DNA of 64,000 nucleotides from an uncultured bacterium (GTDB lineage Bacteria; Oederibacteriota; JAAXVQ01; JAUVAV01): NCBI GenBank assembly GCA_963710755.1, contig CAVQBK010000005.1, positions 103,947 to 167,946 of the forward strand, read 5' to 3'. Shown piece by piece: positions 57,201 to 64,000 of this stretch (position 1 is its first letter; each line of letters starts with the position of its first letter). The notes under the pieces were generated by a model. It saw only the letters and a program-made list of their open reading frames with translations, ran no database searches and was not told where the DNA came from. The position numbers and the translations under genes were made by a program.

Positions 57201-60200
57201 GCGGTCACTACCAGTAGTGATGGTGCCTTGGTGGGCGGCAGTGGTACCTTTGTGGTAACCTTCCCCAGTGATACGGCTGTGCCCAATGGCGCTATTGCCA
57301 ATGTGACCGTTGATGGAACCGCCGCAGCTTCGGCCAATGGCAACAGCAGTGCCAGAACGGTCACCATTGTTCCCCAGCAGGGGATCGCCGTGTCCCACTC
57401 ATTGAATATTGTCATCGGCGGCAACCAGATCACCAACCCCACCACCAGCAACAGTTATCAACTACAGGTGTCCAGCACGGCTCAACCGTTAGGCACCAGC
57501 AACAGCTACTCCATTGGCACCTCCAGTACCCAATTGGATTTAAATAATGTTCTTGTTTCGCCCAATACGATTGGCAACCAGGGCCAATACACCATCGCTA
57601 TTACCCTGGCCAGCGACGGCCGTTTAATCGGAGGCAGCAGTACAATCACATTAACATTTCCCAATGACTCGTCCATCACCAATGGGACTCTGGCCGGGGT
57701 TAAAGTGGACGGTACGGATGCGGCTTCAGCTACAGGCAACCATGCCACTTCCACCATCACCATCACCCCTCAACAAACCATTGCCCAGGGCAGCAGTATC
57801 ACGGTAAGCATTCCCGCAACCGCCGTGCGCAATCCCACCACCATTGGCTCTAGCTATACCATTAGTGGTCACACAAATGTCCAACTCATTGATGGCGACA
57901 GTAATTCATACAGCATTGGCCAGTCCCCCACCCAGGTGGTGGTGACCAGTGTGACGCCTACCCCCAACACTGTCGGCAACCCGGCCACGTATGCCATCGG
58001 CTTTTCCACCAGCAGCGATGGCGCGCTTTTAAACGGCATCAGCACCATCACGGTTACCTTCCCCAGTGGCACCTCAGTAAAAGATTTCAGCAACGCCAGC
58101 GCCGTGCAAATCAATGGCAGTAATGCCTCGGCTGTCGGCAGCAGCAGTGCCAGAACCGTGACCATCACGGTCAACCAAGCCATTGCCGCCAGTACGGCCG
58201 TGGCCTTAAGCATTTCCTCTTCCGCCATCACCAACCCAACGACCCAAAACAATTATCAATTATATGTGGCCACATCGGTTCAGCCGCAGGGATCAAGTCC
58301 GCAATATTATATTGGCACCTCTTCCAATCCGGTGACCATCAATAGCGTTACCCCCAGCCCAAGCACGGTCGGCAATAACGCGGCTTATACGATTTCCATC
58401 ACCACCAGCTCCGATGGCGCTTTGGTGGCCGGTACCAGCAATATCATCATCACCTTCCCTGCTGACACCTTGGTGCCTGATGGCGCCCTGCCGGGGATCA
58501 TGCTCAACGGCATCAATGGCGATAACCCCACCGGAAGCAGTTTGGGACGCACTATCACCATTGTGACTCATACCGACATCGCCGGCAATTCCACCGTTGC
58601 CATTGCCATTCCTCTGTCCGTAGGCCTGCGCAACCCCACCACCACTGGCAACAAAACCCTTGCGGTCGGTACCAGCGCCCAGCCGGCAGGCAGTAAATCT
58701 TTTACTATCGGGCAATCAAGTACCACCTTGTCTGTCAATAGTGTCACGCCATCACCCGCCACGGTGGGCAGTGACGCCGGCTATAACATCACTTTCTCCA
58801 CCAGCAGCGATGGCGTGCTCATCGGGGGCACCAGCCAGATTGTTATCACCTTCCCGGTGGATACGGTGGTTACGAATGGTACGCTCGGTGGTATTACCGT
58901 AGCTTCCCAAGCAGCCTTTTCCGCCTTGGGCAGCGGCCGCACCATCACCATTGTGCCCCAGCAGGATATTGCCGGCAACCCCAGTAATATTATCACGGTC
59001 GATATTCCCAGCGGCATCGTGGAGAATCCCACCAATGCCGGTAATTACAGCCTTTCCGTGGGCACCACGCCCCAGCCCGCGGGCAATAAGTCTTACGACA
59101 TCTTCACCAGCAGCACGGCAATTAATGTGGACAGTGTCAGTGTGTCCGACCCGCGCATCAATTTTCCCTCCGGCTATTCGGTCCCAATTTCCACCGACAC
59201 AGTTATCCGCAGCCAGCGGGGCTCATTCTTTATAATCTTTCCCAACAATACCTTGATTTCCTCGGGCGCCATCAGCAGTGTGACCATCGGCGGCGCGGCA
59301 GCCTTCAGCGCCACCGGCAACCAAACCAGCCGCACGGTTACCATTGTGCCCAATTCGGACGTTGATCCCAGCCCTTCCATTAACATCTCCATTCCTGCCA
59401 CGGCCATTACCAATGCCAGCATTCCCACAGTACCTCTTTACCTGGGCGTCAGCACCACCGCCCAGCCGGAAGGCACCGGCAGTTTTACCCTCATCCCTTC
59501 CACTACTTCCATGGGAACCCCCTTCCCGGTCACCCCTACACCTTCCCAAGCCGGCCTAGTGGCGGAGTACAAGATGACCTTGACCACTGGTTCCAATGGC
59601 CGTATGGGACCAGGCAATAAAGTCACTGTCGTATTTCCCGCAGGAACCATTATCCCGGCCAGCATGGCTTCCGGCACCATTACTGTTGACGGTGTGGGCA
59701 CCACGGGCACCACTTATGCCAATGGCCAGCAGGTGACGGTCATGATTCCCAATGGTGTCAGCATTAATGCCGATTCGGCCTTTACCCTGGACTTTTTGTC
59801 TTCGGCCGGCATTAAAAATCCTTCGGCTTTTCGTTACCAGCTCAGTGTCCATAGTGACGCAGAGCCTACGCCGGTAGACTCTGCTATCTACTGGATCAGC
59901 ACTGATTCCACCATCAATACCCCGGCTGTTACCGTTGATCCTGATTCCATTTTCGTCAATCCTCAAATAACCGTATCCTTTGATCTGGGCCCATCGGGCA
60001 GCTTGGACCCGGCGATGGATATTTATTTTGCTTTCCCCGCTGAGTTCACCCTGCCCACCTCCTTCTCCCCCTCCCTCATCACCGTCAACGGTGTGCCCAC
60101 CACCATGGCCTCGCTCAACACTGGCAATATTATGCGCGTACGCTCGCCTCTTACCCTGGATGCCGGCGCCAGCGACAAGACCGTCACCGTCGTGTTCTCA

Positions 60201-60995
60201 TCTGCTTTGGGCATCACCAACCCTTCGGTGCCGGCCACTTTCACCCTCCAGGCCTACACTTCCCTGGAAGCCACGCCCGTCACCTCGCAGTCCTTTGACA
60301 TCACGGCGGCCAGCACCACCGTCACCCAGCCGCAGGTCGATCTTATCCCCACCTTTACCAGTTCCAAGAGCCGCATGACTATTAAGTTTAACGTGGGGGC
60401 GTACGGCAAATTAACCCATGATTTCAGCACCATCACCATCACATTCCCCCAAGGCTTTCACCTGCCCGGCACTTCTTTCCCTGCCGGCGCCCTGTCGGTT
60501 AACAATGCACCTACCAAGGCCGCCGCCACCATCAGCAATCAAAAACTCACTTTGACTGTTCCCATAGAAATAAACTTTGGCGGCCCGGTGTCCATTGAGC
60601 TGCCCAGCAGTCTGGGGATTTATAACCCCAGTACCGTGGGCACTTACAGCTTTATCGTCTCCACCAGTACGGAGCCAACGGAAGTGACGTCCAACACCAT
60701 CACCATTACCAAAGCGTCCTGGGATGATGTGGTCTCTTACCCCAACCCCATCAACAAGCCTGAAATGCCCAACCCGGTCATGACCTGGCTTTACGTGCCT
60801 GATCAAAAAGCCACCTTGCGGCTCTACACCCTGGACGGCCGCTTGGTCAAAACCATTGTAAAGGACGACGGTTCTGATCGCATGGTCTGGAATCTGCACA
60901 ATGAACAAGGCTCGGAAATCGCCAGTGGGGTTTACATTTACATCATCAAAGGAAGTAGTGGTGAAAAACGGGGCAAGGTGGCCTATAAAAAATAA
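54231..60995 (+). CDS. Large secreted Ser/Thr-rich surface protein: 16 beta-sandwich repeats (~130 aa) + C-terminal FlgD-Ig/T9SS-CTD-like domain
   Basis: ATG at 54231 follows AAGGAG; signal peptide; repeat consensus Y.I.F.T.SDGAL...I.ITFP....NP....Y.L.V.TS.QP; tail YPNP...LYTLDGRLVKTI...WNLHNEQGSEIASGVYIY. Confidence 0.88.
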   Translation: MKHWVKWRTVLVFLGLAILGLGSWATADVDSVSVSLGNSTVNTNSSYTISFNTGSSGALSKNSNDTIVITFPDNTIVPSTIIAGSQIKVNNTNITTNASGSGQTLTITTPVNVNDSSSVTVVINTGTSNLRNPSIPGTYSVQLHTSTEANDVSSSGYNINASSTALNVGSLTLGTNTIGNSTTASFTIFLGSAGALWGQHSQIVITFPSDTLVQNGTISSTVSVSGTSAYSAVGNSSLRTITIVPDQNINNSGIATISLPKVAIRNPTTTGSSYTLAISTSAQSAGTSSTYTITTSAFPVGIGGVTPSPSVIGQASQYTIDFSTGNSGALVGAVSTITIAFDSTYTITNGNLSGVTVEGVAATSATGSSSGHSITVVPAQDIAASTSNVTVVLPSTAIINSYTTNNYILDVSTSVQPNAATSAPFSLSKSSTAVNIDSVTLGNNVIGNTSSYNIQIDLASDGALYGNAAIIVTFPVNTTIPDGALSGVRVEGVLATSATGDSSNRKITINPGQNPLSGTNRNIVIPSGLIRNPTTTSTTYQLQVETDIQPGANSPNYAITTSVTPITVTSVVPNPATITKPAQYTINFNTASDGALAGKISGIFITFPSGTTVKNGDLSGDGITVEGVAAYTASGNSTSRIVTIVPNQDINASTNNVTVVIPNTPSTVITNPSLATDYALNVATSPQPNAGTSPNYTIGKSSTPVNIDSVTVSPATIGNQAQYTIQMDLSSDGGLSGSDTITLTFPNNTEVLTDGAISGVKVNGTAVTSAIGSTAADTIVIDPSQPLANGTNNIQIVIPSSAVRNPTTINSYNLKVETSLQPEGTSPNYAIGQSSTQLSVGNVSVSPNVVGNQGAYTIQFTTSDDGALIGNTSTLVVTFPATSKVASGSISGVMVDGVSDASSTGDGVNTITIVIGTDIAKNTSSTIYIPAAAVRNPTSTGTGYTLNVRSSVQPAGTSNTFTIEQSSTALSVGNVSLSRTTIGNLANVTIAVTTSSDGALVGGSGTFVVTFPSDTAVPNGAIANVTVDGTAAASANGNSSARTVTIVPQQGIAVSHSLNIVIGGNQITNPTTSNSYQLQVSSTAQPLGTSNSYSIGTSSTQLDLNNVLVSPNTIGNQGQYTIAITLASDGRLIGGSSTITLTFPNDSSITNGTLAGVKVDGTDAASATGNHATSTITITPQQTIAQGSSITVSIPATAVRNPTTIGSSYTISGHTNVQLIDGDSNSYSIGQSPTQVVVTSVTPTPNTVGNPATYAIGFSTSSDGALLNGISTITVTFPSGTSVKDFSNASAVQINGSNASAVGSSSARTVTITVNQAIAASTAVALSISSSAITNPTTQNNYQLYVATSVQPQGSSPQYYIGTSSNPVTINSVTPSPSTVGNNAAYTISITTSSDGALVAGTSNIIITFPADTLVPDGALPGIMLNGINGDNPTGSSLGRTITIVTHTDIAGNSTVAIAIPLSVGLRNPTTTGNKTLAVGTSAQPAGSKSFTIGQSSTTLSVNSVTPSPATVGSDAGYNITFSTSSDGVLIGGTSQIVITFPVDTVVTNGTLGGITVASQAAFSALGSGRTITIVPQQDIAGNPSNIITVDIPSGIVENPTNAGNYSLSVGTTPQPAGNKSYDIFTSSTAINVDSVSVSDPRINFPSGYSVPISTDTVIRSQRGSFFIIFPNNTLISSGAISSVTIGGAAAFSATGNQTSRTVTIVPNSDVDPSPSINISIPATAITNASIPTVPLYLGVSTTAQPEGTGSFTLIPSTTSMGTPFPVTPTPSQAGLVAEYKMTLTTGSNGRMGPGNKVTVVFPAGTIIPASMASGTITVDGVGTTGTTYANGQQVTVMIPNGVSINADSAFTLDFLSSAGIKNPSAFRYQLSVHSDAEPTPVDSAIYWISTDSTINTPAVTVDPDSIFVNPQITVSFDLGPSGSLDPAMDIYFAFPAEFTLPTSFSPSLITVNGVPTTMASLNTGNIMRVRSPLTLDAGASDKTVTVVFSSALGITNPSVPATFTLQAYTSLEATPVTSQSFDITAASTTVTQPQVDLIPTFTSSKSRMTIKFNVGAYGKLTHDFSTITITFPQGFHLPGTSFPAGALSVNNAPTKAAATISNQKLTLTVPIEINFGGPVSIELPSSLGIYNPSTVGTYSFIVSTSTEPTEVTSNTITITKASWDDVVSYPNPINKPEMPNPVMTWLYVPDQKATLRLYTLDGRLVKTIVKDDGSDRMVWNLHNEQGSEIASGVYIYIIKGSSGEKRGKVAYKK

Positions 60996-61012
60996 TTTTT
61001 TCTGGCGCAGGT

Positions 61013-61038
61013 GGGGGCGAACTATTTTTCGCCCCTTT
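61013..61038 (+). terminator. Putative intrinsic terminator
   Basis: GGGGCGAA-CTATTT-TTCGCCCC followed by TTT, just after the stop at 60995. Confidence 0.55.
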
Positions 61039-61232
61039 GGAAAAGCATGGCATACTCTGAACAAAATTGAAAAAGTCTGCTTTGCCCCAGCTCGCAAGCT
61101 TACAGCCTGCAATATCAAGAAAGGGGCTAAAATGTCTTGAGAGCCTTTTTCAAAGCTTGATGTCCGTTTTGGTCACTTATTCATAAAATTCCGCACCGCT
61201 GAAATCGGATGCTATTGTTAAGGAGCTCGGGT

Positions 61233-64000
61233 ATGAAGCATTGTGTCAAATGGCGTCTGATGTTGACATTTCTTGGATTTTCTATTCTGGGGCTAAGTTC
61301 GTGGATCTATGCTGATGTCAATAATGCGACAGTAAGTTTAGATAATTCTATGGTCAATACCTATTCATCCACGCCTGTCAATATTGATTCCGTGACCGCA
61401 TCCCCGGCCACCGTGTCTAATAAGGCCCAATACACCATCCAGATTGATTTAAGTGCCGACGGTGGGCTCTCCGGTTCAAACATCATTACCGTGGCCTTCC
61501 CCGATGACACCGCAGTGCTTGTGAATGGCAGCATCAGCAATGTCACGGTCAACGGTACGACTGCCACTTCAGCCATAGGAAGTACCGCGTCTGCCACCAT
61601 TGTCATTGATCCGGCCCAATCCCTGGCCAATGGCACCAGCAATATTCAAATCGTGATTCCGTCCAGTGCCGTACGAAACCCCACGGCTGTCAACAGCTAT
61701 GCCTTGCATGTGGAGACTTCCATGCAACCATGGGGCGCCAGTCCTGATTATGCCATCGGCTTATCCTCCATGCCATTAACAGTGGGCAATGTGACACCGT
61801 CGCCCAATGTAATAAATTACCAAGCGTCCTATACCATCAACTTCACCACCAGCAGTGACGGTGCTTTAACCGGCAACTCCAGCCAACTGGTGGTGACTTT
61901 CCCGGCCGACACCAAAGTGGCAAGCGGTAACATTAGTGGCGTCCTGGTGAACGGCATGTCTGATGATTATTCCACCGGCGACGGTGTAAACACCATTACC
62001 ATTGTGGTGGGCACTGATATTGCCGGCGGCTCCAACGGCAGCATCTATATTCCTGCGGCTGCGGTGCGCAACCCCACGACCGCCAACAGCTATTCCTTAC
62101 ATGTGGAGACCTCCATGCAACCATGGGGCGCCAGTCCTGATTATGCTATCGGTTTATCTTCTACGCCATTAACAGTGGGCAATGTGACGCTTAGCCGCAG
62201 CACCATCGGCAATCTGGCCAATTATACCATTGCCGTCACCACCAGCTCCGACGGCGCTCTGGTGGGCGGCAGCGATTCCCTTGTGATCACCTTTCCCGGC
62301 GATACTTCCGTACCGGCTGGTGCCATCTCCAATGTAACCGTAGACGGCACTGCCGCAGCTTCGGCCAATGGCGACAGTGGGGCCAGAACGGTGACTATTG
62401 TTCCTCAGCAGGATATTGGCGTGTCTTCAAGCTTTAATATTGTGATCAGCGGCAATCAGATCGCCAACCCCACCACCAGCAACAGTTATCAACTGCAGGT
62501 GTCCAGCACGGCTCAACCATTAGGTAGCAGCAACAGCTACTCCATTGGCACCTCCAGCACGCAATTGGATTTAAATAATGTTCTTGTTTCGCCCAACACG
62601 ATTGGTAATCAAGGACAGTATACGATTGCCATCATTTTGGCCAATGACGGCCGCTTGGTTGGCGGGAGCAGCACCATTGTGTTGACCTTTCCCAACGATA
62701 CCCGGATAACCGACGGCAGCCTCACAGGAGTTAAAGTGGACGGCATGGCTGCTTCTTCGGCCACAGGCAACCAATCGGCATCCACCATTACCATCATACC
62801 TCAGCAGACCATTGCCCAGGACAGCACTTTCAATGTAACCATTCCGGCAACAGCAGTGCGCAACCCCACGACTATTGGGTCCACCTACACCATCAGCGGT
62901 CATACCAGCGTGCAGCCAATTGACGGGTTCAACAATCAATACAGCATCGGCCAGTCCTCCACCCAGGTGGTGGTGGCCACACCCACACCCACGCCCAACA
63001 CGGTAGGCAACCCCGCCACCTATGCCATCGGCTTTTCCACCAGCAGCGACGGCGCGCTTTTAAATGGCATCAGTACCATCACGGTTACCTTCCCCGGCGG
63101 CACCTCAGTAAAAGATTTCAGCAACTCCAGCGCCGTGCAAATCAACGGCAGCAATGCCTCGGCTGTCGGAAGCAGCAGCGCCAGGACGGTCACCATCACG
63201 GTCAACCAAGCTATTGCCGCCGGCGCGAATGTATCCCTAAGTATCGCCTCTTCCGTCATCACCAATCCAACGGCCCAAAACAATTATCAGTTATATGTGG
63301 CCACATCGGTTCAACCGCAAGGATCAAGTCCGCAATATTATATTGGCGCCTCTTCCAATCCGGTGACCATCAATAGCGTTACCCCCAGCCCAAGCACGGT
63401 CGGCAATAACGCGGCTTATACGATTTCCATCACCACCAGTTCCGACGGTGTTTTGGTGGCTGATATCGGCAATATCATCATCACCTTCCCTGCCGACACT
63501 TTGGTGCCTGACTGGCGAGCCTGGCTAATATCATGCTCAACGGCATCAATGACGAAACCTCCACGGGTAGTCATTTGAACGAACCATCACCATTAGGGCC
63601 TGTATGACATCGCAGGCAACTCCACCGTTGCCATTGCCATTCCTCTGTCTGTTGGTCTGCGCAACCCCACCATCACAGGCGCCAAAACATTATCTGCAGG
63701 CACAAGCGCTCAGTCGGCAGGTACCAGCCCGGCCTACATTATCGGACAATCGAGCACATATTTAGATGTCAAGAAACCCCAGATTTTACCCGCCACGATA
63801 GGCAGCGACGCTGTCTATCAGGTGCTCTTTTCCACCAGCAGTGATGGGACGCTCATCGGCGGTTCCAGCCAAATCATCATCACCTTCCCAATGGATACGG
63901 TGGTTCAGAACGGGCCGCTGGCCGATATTACGGTGAATTCTAAGACCGCCTTTTCCGCGTCAGGCAGTGCCCTCACCATCACCATTGTACCCCAGCAGGA
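61233..64000 (+). CDS. Tandem paralog of the repeat surface protein; interrupted at ~63510-63600 by several indels; continues past the window
   Basis: Near-identical start (MKHCVKWR vs MKHWVKWR). Repeats match units 6-12 of the upstream gene. The homologous frame resumes at ~63597 and stays open to 64000. Confidence 0.8.

Noticed and set aside
54648-63283. Many antisense ORFs over the repeat genes; CRISPR-like periodicity
   Set aside because: Antisense ORFs arise from Thr/Ser/Ile codon bias; the periodicity is ~400-bp coding repeats, not repeat-spacer units

Overview
Bacterial chromosomal window from a diderm organism (LptE, TolC, a small OM beta-barrel), probably anaerobic (group 3b [NiFe]-hydrogenase operon, HydG-type radical SAM enzyme). 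The lineage cannot be fixed from sequence alone, but the gene content resembles poorly characterised candidate phyla (inference). The backbone is housekeeping: recG (partial), rpmB, ridA, rel, ogt, murJ, rpsT, holA-lptE-leuS and nth, plus signalling genes, an RND/TolC pair, a GH43 and a SemiSWEET. No rRNA, tRNA, CRISPR array, transposase or integrase was seen. The most notable feature is two unlinked giant genes (2068-10515, 2815 aa; 39538-44517, 1659 aa). They share a signal peptide-like N-terminus, a ~300-380 aa N-terminal domain (IQDLHC...EGA...LADQRSR...TGGxH...NPYFSL), a membrane-associated VHxxWNx(x)L(V/I)PxA motif and a basic HWxxRL...SA C-terminal tail. Their internal cargo differs completely: a PPDK-like ATP-grasp plus phospho-His module in one, degenerate cytidylate-kinase and GGDEF domains in the other. 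This looks like a polymorphic, modular exported-protein system. Also present: a tandem pair of Ser/Thr-rich repeat surface proteins with signs of repeat deletion and gene conversion, several REP/MITE-like intergenic families (one apparently in-frame inside the giant gene), and a candidate structured RNA with a terminator at ~51.5-51.7 kb.
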